A DNA stretch of 64,000 nt. It comes from Candidatus Marinacidobacterales bacterium. Lineage in GTDB: Bacteria; Acidobacteriota; Vicinamibacteria; Marinacidobacterales; SMYC01. Positions 33,302 through 45,521 of the stretch are shown here, in pieces; within the stretch, counting starts at the first letter, position 1, and each line of letters starts with the position of its first letter. Made by a program: the position numbers and the translations under genes. The notes below the pieces were generated by a model, which was not told where the DNA came from, did no database searches, and worked only from the letters and a program-made list of their open reading frames with translations. Location of the stretch: the NCBI GenBank assembly GCA_965237955.1, contig OZ250169.1:3424001-3488000 (forward strand). Direction: 5' to 3'.

Positions 33302-34686
33302 GTGCTCCTCTGTTCTCGAAAAAGACACGAGTGCACTTCGTGGGAATAGGTGGCATCGGCATGAGCGGCATCGCCGAAGTGCTCTTGAACCTCGGCTATC
33401 CCGTGAGCGGGAGTGATTTGAAGGCCACGGCGACGACCAAGCGGCTACGCGAGTTCGGCGGCAACTTATTTCTAGGGCACAAAGTCGATCACGTGAAAGA
33501 CGCCGACGTCGTCGTCATCTCTTCCGCGGTGCGCGACGACAACCCCGAAGTCGTGGAAGCGATACGGCTTCAGGTACCCATCATCCCTCGAGCGGAAATG
33601 CTCGCGGAGCTCATGCGGCTCAAATACGGCATCGCGGTCGCCGGATCGCACGGCAAGACGACAACGACGTCGATGATCGCGGTGCTTCTCGACCGAGCGG
33701 GTCTCGATCCGACGATGGTGATTGGGGGTCGGATCGCCGCTCTCGGCGGTAACGCCAAGCTCGGTAGCTCCGATCTCATGGTCGTGGAGGCGGACGAGTC
33801 CGACCGGAGTTTCTTGCAACTCTCACCCGTGCTCGCGGTCGTGACCGGCATCGATCGAGAGCACATGGAAGCGTATCGCGACATGGAAGACCTCGAGAAC
33901 GCCTTCGTCGACTTCGTCAACAAAGTACCGTTTTACGGCGCGTCGGTGCTGTGCCTCGACGAGGAGCGGGTGCAGGACATCCTGCCCCGGGTACGGCGCC
34001 GTCACGTCACCTACGGCTTCTCCCCTCAGGCCGCGATCTCCGCGGAGGACGTGCGCCTCGAAGGCTCGAGCTCGCGGTTTCAGTTGAAGATTGCCGGGGA
34101 GTCCGCGGGCGAGGTCAAGCTTCGTATTCCCGGACGGGTGAGTGTTCTCAATAGCCTCGCAGCCATTGGCATCGGCCGCGAGCTCGGGCTCTCTTTCGAC
34201 GAGATCCGCTCAGGGCTCGAATCGTTCTCGGGTGTCGACCGGCGTTTTCAAGTCAAAGCGGACGCTGGCGGTGTTCTCGTCGTCGACGATTACGGCCACC
34301 ACCCGACCGAGATCCGCGCGACGCTGGCGACGGCAAAAGATGCGTTTGGACGCCGTACCGTCGTCGTCTTCCAACCTCACCGGTACTCTCGCGTCGCGTC
34401 GCTGTTCGAAGAGTTCTGTCGTGCCTTTCATCAGGCAGACGTGCTCGTCGTCACCGAGATTTATCCGGCGGGAGAGGATCCTGTGCCTGGTGTGAGCGGG
34501 GAGAAGTTGGCGGAGGGCATCAAAGGACACGGGCATCGCCAGGTGCGCTTCGTCGCCGAGCTCGACGACGTGCCGGGCTCGCTCGAAAGTGACCTCGAAG
34601 ACGGTGACCTCGTGATTACGCTCGGCGCGGGAAGTGTGACCACGCTTTCCGACAAGCTGGCGGAGGTGGCTCGTGGGCGGGCTTAA
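33298..34686 (+). CDS. murC: UDP-MurNAc:L-Ala ligase
   Basis: [32 protein letters not shown]. Confidence 0.97.
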   Translation: MSAPLFSKKTRVHFVGIGGIGMSGIAEVLLNLGYPVSGSDLKATATTKRLREFGGNLFLGHKVDHVKDADVVVISSAVRDDNPEVVEAIRLQVPIIPRAEMLAELMRLKYGIAVAGSHGKTTTTSMIAVLLDRAGLDPTMVIGGRIAALGGNAKLGSSDLMVVEADESDRSFLQLSPVLAVVTGIDREHMEAYRDMEDLENAFVDFVNKVPFYGASVLCLDEERVQDILPRVRRRHVTYGFSPQAAISAEDVRLEGSSSRFQLKIAGESAGEVKLRIPGRVSVLNSLAAIGIGRELGLSFDEIRSGLESFSGVDRRFQVKADAGGVLVVDDYGHHPTEIRATLATAKDAFGRRTVVVFQPHRYSRVASLFEEFCRAFHQADVLVVTEIYPAGEDPVPGVSGEKLAEGIKGHGHRQVRFVAELDDVPGSLESDLEDGDLVITLGAGSVTTLSDKLAEVARGRA

Positions 34687-35581
34687 GCAGGACGCGTTTG
34701 CGCGCGAGCTCGAGCGAGCAGGCATCACCTTCGAGCGCGAAGCGCCCCTGTCTCGCTACACCACGATCGGCCTCGGAGGTCCGGCGGAGTTTCTCGTGCG
34801 ACCTCGGACCGCGGACGAAATCCACACCGTGTTGAAGCTCGCGACCATAGGCGGGCTTCCGGTCAAAGTGCTCGGCGCGGGTAGCAACTTGCTCGTGAGC
34901 GATGCCGGGGTGCGCGGTGTCGTGCTCTCGACGGCCGCGCTCGACCACGTTCGGTACGACGAAGGTGGAATCGTCGACGCCGGTGCGGGATGTCATTTCC
35001 CTGCGCTCGTGCGCCAAACCGCATCGCGAGGTCTGCGAGGGCTCGAGGCCGGTGTCGGCATCCCCGGCTCACTCGGTGGGGTGTTGACGATGAACGCCGG
35101 CGCCTATCAGTTCGCAATCGGCGCGCTCGTCGAGGAAGCCGTTGCGGTGTCGATCGAGCGTGGAAAAGTGCTGATGCCGCGCGAAGCGATCGACTTTCGC
35201 TATCGTGCATCGTCTTTCGGTCGCGGGCTCATCGTCTCCGGGGCTCGACTCGCTTTGACGCCCGACGAGCCTCGCGCGATCAAAGCCGACATGGACGAGC
35301 ACATGCGCTACCGGAAAGAGACGCAGCCGGTCGGCGTCAAGAGCGCCGGGTGCATCTTCAAGAATCCCGAAGGCGGCTCGGCGGGCAAGCTTCTCGAGGA
35401 GCTCGGGCTCAAAGGATTCAGCGTCGGTGGCGCGCGGATCTCGCAGGTGCACGCGAACTTCATCGTACACGACGGCGGGGCGAACGCCGAGGATGTAATA
35501 GGGCTCATCGACGCCGTCCGCGAGCGCGTTCATCAGAAGACCGCGATCGAGCTCGAACCGGAGGTGATGACGTGGAGTTGA
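34673..35581 (+). CDS. murB: UDP-GlcNAc-enolpyruvate reductase
   Basis: [35 protein letters not shown]. Confidence 0.96.
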   Translation: MGGLKQDAFARELERAGITFEREAPLSRYTTIGLGGPAEFLVRPRTADEIHTVLKLATIGGLPVKVLGAGSNLLVSDAGVRGVVLSTAALDHVRYDEGGIVDAGAGCHFPALVRQTASRGLRGLEAGVGIPGSLGGVLTMNAGAYQFAIGALVEEAVAVSIERGKVLMPREAIDFRYRASSFGRGLIVSGARLALTPDEPRAIKADMDEHMRYRKETQPVGVKSAGCIFKNPEGGSAGKLLEELGLKGFSVGGARISQVHANFIVHDGGANAEDVIGLIDAVRERVHQKTAIELEPEVMTWS

Positions 35582-36462
35582 AGACTCCCGGGTCGTCGAA
35601 GACGGACGCCCCCCCGCCTCCGGAGCGGTTCCTGCGCGGCCGGCAAAAACGAAACCGACCCACCCGCCGCATCGGGAAGCTTCTACTCAAGAGTGTCGCG
35701 CTCGTTCTCGCGCTGGTCTCACTCGTGGCGGCGGTCGTTATGACCGTCACCGTGGCCGGCCGCGCGCCCGAGCTCGCGGTGCACCGTGTGCTCGTCGAAG
35801 GTAACGTGCAGTTGTCGGACGGCGAGATCTTGGAGCTTCTCGAGTTTTCCGAGCGCGCCAACATCTTGATGCTCGACCTCGAGGAAGTGCGGGCGAAGCT
35901 CTTGCGATCGGCATGGGTTGCCGAGGTCGAGATCGAGCGGGTCTTGCCCGCGACGCTCAAGCTCGTGATCCGCGAGCGTCAACCGGTTGCCGTCGCTGTT
36001 CTCGACGAGTTGTACCTGTTGGCATCCGACGGGACGATGCTCGATCAGCTATCGCCGCGCTACGACATCGAAAAGCTCGTCCTCGCACGCGGGCTCCGGG
36101 ACGGCGATGGACTCGTTCCCGAGCGAGCGGCACTCGCGGGGCGTTTGTCCGCCGAGCTCTTCCGCGACCAGCGACTCGCGGGTCTCGTCTCCGAGCTCGA
36201 CGTCAGCGAAGGCCGAGACTCGGTGCTGTTGCGGCTGCGAGCTCCCGCGGTCACCGCGCTCGTCCACGGCGACAGCATGATCGAGCGTCTGACGGAAGTG
36301 GTTCCACTACTCGTTGGCATCCAGAAGCAGTACGCCGAGCTGGATGTCGTCGATCTGCGGTTCGAAGGAAGGACCTATCTGCGGCTTAGGGGAAAACCAG
36401 GGTCCAGGTTGGGCGGGAAGTATACCCAAGCCGCGTTCGCCTCTGGAGGTGCACCATTCTGA
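35572..36462 (+). CDS. ftsQ: Cell division protein FtsQ
   Basis: TM, POTRA ('VEGNVQLS..WV..VEIERVLP'), C-terminal DLRF. Confidence 0.88.
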   Translation: MELKTPGSSKTDAPPPPERFLRGRQKRNRPTRRIGKLLLKSVALVLALVSLVAAVVMTVTVAGRAPELAVHRVLVEGNVQLSDGEILELLEFSERANILMLDLEEVRAKLLRSAWVAEVEIERVLPATLKLVIRERQPVAVAVLDELYLLASDGTMLDQLSPRYDIEKLVLARGLRDGDGLVPERAALAGRLSAELFRDQRLAGLVSELDVSEGRDSVLLRLRAPAVTALVHGDSMIERLTEVVPLLVGIQKQYAELDVVDLRFEGRTYLRLRGKPGSRLGGKYTQAAFASGGAPF

Positions 36463-37703
36463 GCAAGAAGGACAAATACATCGTTGGTCTCGATATCGGC
36501 ACGACCAAAGTCACCGCAATCGTTGCCGAAGTCACCGAAGAAGGCCGCATCGATATCATCGGTATCGGCTCGGCAGAGTCCAAAGGCCTGCGCAAAGGGA
36601 TGGTGATCAACCTCGAGCAGACCGTGGACTCGATCAAGCGCGTCGTCGAAGAGGCCGAGCTCATGGCCGGAGTCGAGATCGAGCACGCGCACGTCGGGCT
36701 CGCCGGAAGCCATATCAAAGGCTTCAACTCGCGTGCGGTCGTCGCCATCACCAACAAGAACCGTGAGATCGCGCGCGAGGACGTTTTTCGTGCAATCGAT
36801 GCCGCGAAAGCGATCTCGCTTCCGAACGATCGCGAGATCGTTCACGTGATCCCTCAGGAGTTCGTTGTGGACGGGCACGACGGCATCCATGACCCGACCG
36901 GGATGACGGGCTCGCGGCTCGAGGCGAACGTTCACATCATCACATCCGGAACGACCGCAACGCAGAACATCGTGACGTGCGTGAACCGTGCCGGCATGGA
37001 AGTGACCGAGACCGTGCTCGAGCATCTCGCCGCCGCCGAAGCGGTGTTGACCCCGGACGAGAAAGAGCTCGGCGTTGCGCTCGTCGACATCGGCGGTGGC
37101 ACTACCGACCTCGCGATATTCGACAAGGGGACGATCTGGCACACGGCCGTCCTTCCGACCGGAGGCGATCACTTCACCAATGATGTCGCCGTGGGATTGC
37201 GGACTCCGATAATAGAAGCGGAAAAAATCAAGAAGAAGTACGGATGCTGCCTGGCGACCATGGTCTCCGAGGAAGACACCATCGAAGTACCGAGCGTCGG
37301 TGGACGCAAGGCTCGCATTCTCTCGCGCCAGTTGCTTTCGGACATTCTCCAGCCGCGGGCCGAGGAAGTTTGCCATCTCGTCTACGAAGAAGTGCAGAGA
37401 GCGGGCTACGAGCGCGTGCTGAACTCGGGGGTCGTCTTCACCGGCGGCAGCGCGGCGCTCGAAGGGCTGGCCGAAGTCGCCGATCGCATCTTCGACATGC
37501 CGATCCGCTGCGGCACGCCGAGCGGAGTCGGCGGACTGGTCGACGTCGTGGCCAACCCGTCTTACGCGACCGCCGTGGGGCTCGTGCTCTACGCCCATCG
37601 CATTCGATCCAACAAGCTCATCCCGAGCGGTTCCTCAGGATCGTGGTGGAAGTTCTGGGAACGGTTTCGCCGATTGGTGAACGTTTCCTTTTTGGGAGGG
37701 TGA
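36459..37703 (+). CDS. ftsA: Cell division protein FtsA (non-canonical start)
   Basis: In-frame [19 protein letters not shown] upstream of the listed ORF; DIGGGTT, TGGSA. Confidence 0.93.
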   Translation: MSKKDKYIVGLDIGTTKVTAIVAEVTEEGRIDIIGIGSAESKGLRKGMVINLEQTVDSIKRVVEEAELMAGVEIEHAHVGLAGSHIKGFNSRAVVAITNKNREIAREDVFRAIDAAKAISLPNDREIVHVIPQEFVVDGHDGIHDPTGMTGSRLEANVHIITSGTTATQNIVTCVNRAGMEVTETVLEHLAAAEAVLTPDEKELGVALVDIGGGTTDLAIFDKGTIWHTAVLPTGGDHFTNDVAVGLRTPIIEAEKIKKKYGCCLATMVSEEDTIEVPSVGGRKARILSRQLLSDILQPRAEEVCHLVYEEVQRAGYERVLNSGVVFTGGSAALEGLAEVADRIFDMPIRCGTPSGVGGLVDVVANPSYATAVGLVLYAHRIRSNKLIPSGSSGSWWKFWERFRRLVNVSFLGG

Positions 37704-37746
37704 AGCGTTGCAAAGCCAAGGCGCAAAAAAGGGGAGGGTAAAGCGG

Positions 37747-38946
37747 ATGATTCGTTTCGAAGAGGACAACCCCGCTCACGATTCAGGCCGGTTGTCTTTT
37801 GATGATGGCACCGTGACCGGGGCCCGCATCAAAGTCATCGGAGTAGGTGGTGGTGGCGGCAACGCCGTGAATCGCATGATTGCGTCACGGATTGCCGGCG
37901 TCGAGTTCCTGGCGGCGAATACCGACCAGCAAGCGCTCAAAACGAGCCTGGCACCGGAGAAGATCACTCTCGGCGCCAAGCTCACCAAGGGCCTCGGTTG
38001 TGGCGCCGACCCAGAGATCGGGCGGCAGGCGGCACTCGAGGATACCGAGAACATTCTCGAGGCGATCGAAGGCGCCGATATGGTGTTCATCACCGCGGGT
38101 CTCGGAGGTGGCACCGGCACGGGAGGCGCTCCCATTGTCGCGTCGCTCGCGAGCGAGCTCGGTGCGCTCACCGTGGCGGTGGTGACGAAGCCGTTCACGT
38201 TCGAAGGGCGCCACCGTCAGATCCAGGCGCAAGAAGGTGTGCGCGAGCTTCGAGATCAAGTTGATACGCTCATCTCGATCCCGAACGACCGGCTCCTTCA
38301 AACCGTCGAGCGCACGACCTCCTTGTCCGAAGCGTTCTCCACCGCGGACGACGTGCTCCGGCAGGCCGTGCAAGGCATCTCCGATCTCATCATCGTGCCC
38401 GGACTCATCAACCTGGATTTCGCCGACGTCCGCACCATCATGCGCGGCATGGGCGACGCCGTCATGGGAACCGGGATCGCCGAAGGCGACAAGCGCGCCG
38501 AGGACGCCGCCAAGATGGCGATCTCGAGCCCGCTCCTCGAAGACGCCTCCGTGGACGGCGCGAAAGGCGTCATCATCAATATTACCGGTGGCGAAGACAT
38601 GGGGCTTCTCGAAGTGAACGACGCATCGTCGATCATCCATGACGCCGCCGACGAAGATGCCCACATTATTTTCGGCGCGGTCGTCGACCCGAAGATGGCG
38701 GGCAAGATGAAAGTCACCGTCATCGCCACCGGATTCAACCGGGCGGAGAGCCCGGGCCGGCGGCGGGCGGTCACACCGGTCGACATCTCCAACTACACAC
38801 AGCCGAAGGCGATGGCGGTGGGCTCCGAGGAGTATTACAGAAAAGGCGCGGACAACCTCGCCGCCGATCTCGATTTCGGCACCGTCGAGACCGAAGACGG
38901 CGAAGATCTGGACGTGCCGGCGTTCATGAGACGAGGGAAATCTTAG
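37747..38946 (+). CDS. ftsZ: Cell division protein FtsZ
   Basis: [22 protein letters not shown]-terminal LDVPAFMR. Confidence 0.98.
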   Translation: MIRFEEDNPAHDSGRLSFDDGTVTGARIKVIGVGGGGGNAVNRMIASRIAGVEFLAANTDQQALKTSLAPEKITLGAKLTKGLGCGADPEIGRQAALEDTENILEAIEGADMVFITAGLGGGTGTGGAPIVASLASELGALTVAVVTKPFTFEGRHRQIQAQEGVRELRDQVDTLISIPNDRLLQTVERTTSLSEAFSTADDVLRQAVQGISDLIIVPGLINLDFADVRTIMRGMGDAVMGTGIAEGDKRAEDAAKMAISSPLLEDASVDGAKGVIINITGGEDMGLLEVNDASSIIHDAADEDAHIIFGAVVDPKMAGKMKVTVIATGFNRAESPGRRRAVTPVDISNYTQPKAMAVGSEEYYRKGADNLAADLDFGTVETEDGEDLDVPAFMRRGKS

Positions 38947-38987
38947 AGAGTTAGCGGATACCTATCACAGCAGCCAGCGTCCTAGCT

Positions 38988-39033
38988 GGTCGGTCGGGGT
39001 CGCCCTCCCTTCCACCCTTTTCCCCGACCGACC
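38988..39033 (+). terminator. GC-rich hairpin downstream of ftsZ
   Basis: GGTCGGTCGGGG / CCCCGACCGACC 12-bp stem, no U-tract. Confidence 0.5.
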
Positions 39034-39052
39034 GGGGGCGGGAGCGCTCTTA

Positions 39053-40880
39053 GGGCCGGCGACAAAATAAGTTCCCGTTTTCAAGACGGCCGGATGGTGT
39101 AGTTCCATTTGGGTAGAGTCTGGTCCTTTGTAACGGAAAGCGCCTGCATCCGCTCGTCAGTGATTTTGACGCCCTTCGGATAACGACGCCGGATAAGGTG
39201 TGCGCGTACTCGCAAACCGGAAGAGGTGGTGGTCGTGCGGATGTATTTGAGGATGGTTTCGTAGCTGTCGAGAGGCCTGCCCGCCCAGTTCTTGCTGATC
39301 TCGCTGAACAGACGGTGCTCCACTGGATTCCACTTGGATGTACCGGACGGATAGTGGGCTATGGTGATAGCGATGTCGTGGCGATTGCAAATCCGCGTTT
39401 GAAGCCCGTGCTTCCAACCCCGACACCGATAGCCATTGCTGCCCCCGGCGTCTGCCAATATCGCGAGGTCACGGGCTGCAGGATAGCGTCGCCGTCCTTC
39501 CGTTCGCCACCACTTCTCGATGGCATTCACGGCGAAGTCCGGGGTGTTGTACGACGAGAGTCGGCTCGCGGTTCCAGGCCTGCCCGCCGTTTTTGAATAA
39601 TCCCACCAGCTCCCGTTTCTTCGTGTCTACGCTGATGATGGGATGACCAGCTGCGGCAAAACGCTCGCGCAGTTCGGCGATACACGCGAATTGGGTATCG
39701 CGATCTTCGGACGTGGCACCGCACAGCTTCTTGTGGTTCACCCGCAACGAGAAGCCGAGCTGTTTGAGCAGTCGACCGACGGTTTTGCTGCTGACGTTCA
39801 CACCGAGGCTTCTTAGCTCGCAAGCAATCTTGTCGGTGGTCCGCCGCGTCCATTTCACTCCCGTCATCGGATCGCCCGCGGTGTCGTGCTTCATGAGTTC
39901 TTCGATCTTGGCGATGACTTCTGGCGTTTTTTTTGCACGGCGCGCCGTCCGCCACCCTTTCGCCGAACTCCGTCGAGCTCAACATCTCTCATTAGCAATT
40001 CCCTACGACCTCTGGCTACCGTGCTCGGATCCATCCCGAGCAGTTCGGCAATCTGTTGGTCGCCACCGTGACCGAGCTTCATGGCCTCGACTCCCGCGTA
40101 GAGACGGCGCTGCTTTTCATCGAGCAGGCTGTAGAAAAGAACGATCGCAGCCTTCAACTCCACGGGGAGCACGCGGACTCCCCCGACCCAGCCCAACGTG
40201 GAAGGTGACGCCTCATGTACCTGGCGGGCCGAGAGCTGTTGCTTGCGCGTGCTCACATCGGTGGCCAGATACAGATATCGGCCGAACACCTGCTCGCGCG
40301 CCAATCTTTTCTCTCGGACCAGTTTCAACAGAGGAGCCTTGACGTCAACCTGCACCACGTCCTCGAGCTCGTCGACGTAGTAGCCTGCCTCACAGGCCGC
40401 GACCAACGCTTTTACCGTCGCAAGCAACGTCCCGTACTTCGAGAACCACACTGAGCGCAACGACCAAAGACCTTTTCGATCGAACTGGGCGATCTCGTCC
40501 AACGTGTAGTAGCTACCACGGTGGGAGTAGCTTGTCCGATACGCCAACTCATTGAGCTTTCGGAAGACGGTCGAGTCCACATCGGTACCCAACACTGCCT
40601 TCAAATCATCGAGGGTAGCTATTTTGTGCTTCCTCAACAGGCGGTCGAGATCTTCAGACTGATAGCTCGTAGGTCTCATAATAGGAGAAGTGCTCCTTGA
40701 TAGGCGTAATCCTCCCTGAAATGAGGACCGTTTGTCAAACACGCGCTGGTTGCTGAAGATCTACAAATGTTCCGTTTCTAGGGAGCTTGCCAGGCTCTCG
40801 TGATGCCAGACGACATCGCGATCACGACCTGAAACAGGAAGAGTGTGCTCAAAACTAGACAGTTATTTTGTCGGCGGCCC
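39053..40880 (-). mobile_element. ISAzo13-family element
   Basis: IRs GGGCCG(G/C)CGACAAAATAA; TTA target duplication at 39050-39052 and 40881-40883; 1828 bp. Confidence 0.9.
39081..40679 (-). pseudogene. ISAzo13 transposase: probable programmed frameshift at A8 plus an internal deletion
   Basis: 'LDEKQRRLYAG' ORF, A8 at 39927-39934 into 'KTPEV..TAGDP..ISVDTKKREL'; out-of-frame jump near 39555 to 'SYNTPDFAV..DAGGSNG..TSKWNPVEHRLFS'. Confidence 0.8.
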
Positions 40881-40931
40881 TTAGGTCCAATTGTTCGCGC
40901 TCGAGGCCTGCAACAATGGCGAAGGTTGCCC

Positions 40932-41096
40932 ATGAACGATGAGAGCTCTTCCAGGCTGACGGTTCGACAGCGAACGCACGCCATGTTGGCGGCGCTGGCG
41001 AAAAAGTCCGTTAAGCGCGAAGATGCCAAGCTACGCTGCGCCAGATCCCGCGACGGCAAACGACATCTGGCTGTTGTCCGCGGAGAACGAAAGTGA
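40932..41096 (+). CDS. Small basic hypothetical protein
   Basis: 54 aa ORF with GAAGG upstream; no recognisable motif. Confidence 0.3.
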   Translation: MNDESSSRLTVRQRTHAMLAALAKKSVKREDAKLRCARSRDGKRHLAVVRGERK

Positions 41097-41104
41097 TCCC
41101 CGGG

Positions 41105-41182
41105 TGTTCGTTCGGTCATCATTCGACGAAAGCACGCCCAGGTTTCTCCCGATGGCCGGTGGCTCGCCTATACCTCGGTTGA
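41105..41182 (+). pseudogene. Remnant of a PD40/TolB-repeat gene
   Basis: Manual translation '...SPDGRWLAYTS'. Confidence 0.5.
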
Positions 41183-41254
41183 CCGCCGGCGTGCGATGAC
41201 CGCTCGGCGTCGGCCCGCCGTCGACGAGCCCGCGCATGAACTCGCGCAGTCGCG

Positions 41255-41512
41255 TCATGCCGAAAGCACCGTGCTCGAGCTCATAATAATGTAGTCGGCC
41301 CAGGTTTGGGCGAGCTTTTTGCCCTCTTCATAGCCGCCACGGCTCGTGATGAGAACCAATGGCAGCCACAAGACGAACCAGAGTGGCGACATGAAGAAGT
41401 ACGGACCACCATCGACGTCACGAAGGACGAACGAGAGCACCGCCGCGTGCGCGGCGAGTGGGATCAGAATGCCTGCGGCCAAAAGAGCCCATGCAGTAGG
41501 ATCGGCGTTCAT
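41255..41512 (-). CDS. Small membrane protein or fragment
   Basis: 85 aa with two hydrophobic segments. Confidence 0.35.
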   Translation of the reverse strand: MNADPTAWALLAAGILIPLAAHAAVLSFVLRDVDGGPYFFMSPLWFVLWLPLVLITSRGGYEEGKKLAQTWADYIIMSSSTVLSA

Positions 41513-41541
41513 GTTTCTATTGTAAAGGTGAGGTGGAATTC

Positions 41542-43264
41542 ATGAAGAGGCTTGTGGTGTTCTGCGGATTCGCGCTCGTCGTTCCGCTATCGGTGGCTGC
41601 TCAAGGTGTTCGGTTTGCGGTGAGTTTTTCGGAAGAGCGGAACGCCGAGCCGGATAATCTCGATGGCCGGCTTCTCCTCATGATCTCGAACGATCCCAGT
41701 CAGGAGCCGCGGTTTCAGATTTCCGACGGTCTGACGACTCAGTTGATTTTCGGCATCGATGTCGACGGACTAGCGCCGGGCGAAAATGCGATCTTCGACG
41801 GCAGCGTTCTCGGCTATCCCATCGACAGCTTGAATGACATCCCCCCGGGGCGGTATCGGGTGCAGGCGCTCTTACACAAGTACGAAACGTTTCATCGTGC
41901 TGACGGTTACGTGGTGAAGCTTCCGATGGATCGTGGGGAAGGCCAGCACTGGAACCGGGCACCGGGGAACCTCTACAGCGAGCCGGTCGAGGTCCGCATC
42001 GACGCGGAAAAGGACGAGACGATCGCGATCGTCATGGATCGTGCGATCCCGCCGATCGCGGATCCTCCTACGACGAAATACATCAAGCACGTGGAGATCC
42101 AAAGCAGGCTCCTGACGGAGTTCTGGGGCCGACCGATGCATTTAGGTGCTCACGTGCTCGTGCCGGAAGGCTTCGACGAGCACCCCGAGGCGCGCTACCC
42201 GCTCATGGTCTTCCACGGGCACTTCCCGTACACGTTCGGCGGTTGGCGCGAGGAGCCGCCCGATCCGGATTTGGAGTCCGAGTACAGCGCGCGCTTCGAT
42301 CTCGATGGATACAACCGGATCGTGCAAGAGCGAGCGCACAACTTCTACAAAGAATGGATCGGCCCCGACTATCCACGGGTGCTCGTCATCCAGATCCAGC
42401 ACGCCAATCCTTATTACGACGACTCCTACGCCGTGAACTCGGCTAACCTCGGACCGTATGGTGATGCCATAACCTACGAGCTCATCCCGCACATCGAGAA
42501 AGAGTTCCGCGGCATCGGTGAAGGTTGGGCGCGGTTTCTCTACGGCGGCTCGACGGGCGGGTGGGAAGCGCTCGGCGTGCAGGTGATGTATCCGGACGAT
42601 TACAACGGTTGCTTCGCTGCCTGTCCGGATCCCATCGACTTCCGCGCCTACACCGTTGTGAATCTCTACGAAGACAAGAATGCTTACTATCCCAAAAGCG
42701 ATTGGAAAAAAACGCCACGGCCGGGACGCAGGAACCATCTGGGTCACGTGAGCACGACGCTGGAGCAAATGAATCGGCGCGAGCTCGTTCTCGGCACGAA
42801 GAGCCGCTCGGGCCAGCAGTGGGATATCTGGGAGGCGGTGTACTTCACCCGTCGGGGCCGACGGTTATCCGATGCGGCTCTGGGACAAGCTCACCGGTGA
42901 GATCGACGAAGAAGTCGCCCAGCATTGGCGAGAGAACTACGACCTGTCGTACATCATGCAACGCGACTGGGCGACGCTCGGTCCGAAGCTCGAAGGCAAA
43001 GTCCACATCTACGTCGGTGACATGGACAACTACTATCTCAACAATGCCGTGTACCTCACCGAGGAGTTTCTCGAGAGCACGACGAACCCGTATTACGGCG
43101 GCGGCGTCGATTACGGCGACCGCCCCGAGCATTGCTAGAACGGCGACCAGACGCGGCCGAACGCGCTGTCGCGACTGCGGTACAACCAGATGTTCATCCC
43201 CATGGCGGTCGAGCGCATGGAGAAGAGCGCGCCGGAGGGAGCGGATCTGACGAGCTGGAGGTGA
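41542..43264 (+). pseudogene. Secreted alpha/beta-hydrolase (esterase-like), disrupted
   Basis: Signal peptide, nucleophile GGSTGG, 'YAVNSANLGPYGDA'; extra T at ~42844 (YSPVGADGYP) and in-frame TAG at 43136 (HC*NGD). Confidence 0.8.
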
Positions 43265-43304
43265 CGAGTCGGCGGCAGGAATCGGATCGCAGGCGAAAGC
43301 GCGG

Positions 43305-43550
43305 TTAGTTGTCAATGGGAGCGAGGCGGTCGAGCTCCAGGGACCAATTGAGTGCGACGTGGAGCCGCGTCATGCTCGGGGAGCTCGTTCTATTCACGAC
43401 CATGGGGAACCGCCCGTCGGCGGCAAGGTCATACATCCCGTGGTCGGTGGATCCGACGATATACGGTCCCTCAAAGGTGCTTCCGCTATCAACTGTTGGT
43501 GCGTCGTCTTCATCCGTCTTGTTGAAGGTACTTATGGCTATTTCGGAACG
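43305..43550 (-). pseudogene. C-terminal remnant of a Ser/Thr kinase-TolB protein
   Basis: 'YDLAADGRF...LHVALNWSLELDRLAP' tail typical of these kinases. Confidence 0.6.
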
Positions 43551-44001
43551 CTAATGAAGTGGGTGTCGCCCAAATCGGTCGTAATCTATTGCACCGCAAA
43601 GCCTTACGTTCATTTCAGCAACACTCAATGACGTAAGCACCGCTGAACCGCGAATCGGAGACGATTGCCAGCCATCTCCTCGGCAACGGCGGACTTCACG
43701 TTGATCAGCCCCCGATAGCGTCCAGTTTCGCGCGAGTTCCTCGTCGGGTGGGTCTACGGGTAAAGGCGCGGGCGACGGCTTGGGCGAAGAGAGTCTATCC
43801 CGCCCATGGGCACCACTCCTTGCAGATTTTTTCAACGAAGGAGCTTAGCGGAGTTCGGCTTCAGGACGGAAGCGTGCCCGCGCGGCGGCAAGGGTGGAGT
43901 CCAAAGTCAACTTTGGCCGGATCTGGTGCGAAATCCTACTCAAAAGCTCGATACAGCAGGTCCTTAGAGTAGGTTTTCGCACGAAAGGGGCCTGTGGCCC
44001 C
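43551..44001 (-). mobile_element. Tn3-family remnant (one IR plus truncated tnpA N-terminus, DUF4158-like)
   Basis: 39-bp GGGGCCACAGGCCCCTTTCGTGCGAAAACCTACTCTAAG (43963-44001); 'DEELARNWTLSGAD..RCRGD..NRLRFAVQ'. Confidence 0.75.
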
Positions 44002-44254
44002 TGTCGTCCATCAGCGTCTTCGAACCGGTAGAGCGTCGCGATGTTCGCGTGATTGAGTTGAGCCAAGAGTTTGGCCTCGCGTTCGAAACGTTCGACCCGC
44101 TCTCGGTCGCGGGAAAGCTCCTCGGGCAGGACTTTGATGGCGACCTCGCGCCCGAGCTTCTGGTCGCGAGGTCGATACACTTCTCCATACCGCCGGCGCC
44201 GATCGACTCTAGGATCTCGTAGTTCGCTATTCGGCTGCCGGGCTCGAGGCTCAT
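44002..44254 (-). pseudogene. N-terminal remnant of a Hanks-type Ser/Thr kinase
   Basis: YEILESIGAGGM/EVYR..LGREVAIKVLP..RFEREAK..LNHANIA, cut at the Tn3 IR. Confidence 0.85.
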
Positions 44255-44332
44255 CGGCAGTAAGTTATAGCAGATTAGCCGCTGGGTGGTCCTCCGTTGG
44301 GGCGGAGATCGGGCGCTTCCACCTCTTCGTCT

Positions 44333-45521
44333 CTAGTCCCATGGAACAGAAAAAGCTAGACAACACCGGCCCTCCTGTGATCTGCTAAATGCATGAAACA
44401 CAAGGGCCGGCGAAAAGCCGAATTGAAGCTGTCGTCTCAAGAAAGCGAAGCGCTGACGCGACTGGCGCGACGCAGCCGTAGTTCGCCGCACCAAGCCTTC
44501 CGAGCGAAGATCGTGCTGGATTGCGCGGCGGGTCTGACGAATATGGAAGTTGCTAGGAAGATGCACACCATGAGGAGCACGGTGGGCAAGTGGCGAAGAC
44601 GCTTTGTAGAACAACGAATGGAAGGGTTGTACGACGAACCTCGGCCGGGAGCGGCTCGCAAAATCGGCGATGACCAGATCGAGGAAGTCGTGACCAAGAC
44701 GCTGGCGACGACTCCAAAGGGGAGAACCCATTGGAGTACGCGCTCGATGGCCAAGCATCTTGGGCTGAGTCATTCGACGATTGGACGTATTTGGCGAACG
44801 TTCGGGCTTCAACCGCACCGCTCGGAATCGTTTCGTCTCTCGCAAGACCCACAACTGGTCGAAAAAGTACGCGACGTTGTTGGCCTGTATATGAACCCAC
44901 CGGATAACGCGGTCGTCCTGTGCGTCGACGAGAAATCGCAGATTCAAGCGCTCGAGCGTGCTCAACCTGTCCTGCCCATGAGCTTGGGCCAGCCCGAGCG
45001 ACAAACCCACGACTACATTCGGCATGGAACGACTGACCTGTTTGCCGCACTCGACGCCGCAACAGGTGAAGTCTTCGGAAAGTGCTACGCGCGACATCGA
45101 GCGCTAGAGTTCAAGAAGTTCCTCGCTGAGATCGAAGCAGCCGTTCCCAGCGAGTTGGACATCCACGTCGTGCTCGACAATCTCGCCACGCACAAGACAC
45201 CGGCGATCAAACGCTGGCTTTCCAAGCGACCTCGGTTCCACTTTCACTTCACACCGACACACGCCTCTTGGCTCAACTTCGCTGAGCGCTTCTTTGGCTT
45301 GCTCACCGAACACGCCTTGCGACGAGGCTCGCACACGAGCGTGCCTCAGCTCCGCGTTGCGATACAAGACTATCTCGATGCTCACAACGAGAACCCAAAG
45401 CCGTTCAAGTGGACGAAATCCGCCGACCAAATCCTCGAAACCATCGCTCGGTTCGCCCAGCGAACGCTCGATACACATGGCAAATCGAATTTGGACAGTA
45501 ATTAAAGATCCAGGGGACTAG
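44333..45521 (+). mobile_element. IS630-family element
   Basis: Ends CTAGTCCCATGGAAC / GATCCAGGGGACTAG with TA (CTAG) target. Confidence 0.92.
44393..45505 (+). CDS. IS630 transposase
   Basis: [43 protein letters not shown]. Confidence 0.95.
   Translation: MKHKGRRKAELKLSSQESEALTRLARRSRSSPHQAFRAKIVLDCAAGLTNMEVARKMHTMRSTVGKWRRRFVEQRMEGLYDEPRPGAARKIGDDQIEEVVTKTLATTPKGRTHWSTRSMAKHLGLSHSTIGRIWRTFGLQPHRSESFRLSQDPQLVEKVRDVVGLYMNPPDNAVVLCVDEKSQIQALERAQPVLPMSLGQPERQTHDYIRHGTTDLFAALDAATGEVFGKCYARHRALEFKKFLAEIEAAVPSELDIHVVLDNLATHKTPAIKRWLSKRPRFHFHFTPTHASWLNFAERFFGLLTEHALRRGSHTSVPQLRVAIQDYLDAHNENPKPFKWTKSADQILETIARFAQRTLDTHGKSNLDSN

Noticed and set aside
43136-43138. Pyrrolysine or amber recoding in the esterase
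   Set aside because: TGG-to-TAG at a probable Trp in a gene that also has a frameshift; TAG is a normal stop elsewhere in the window
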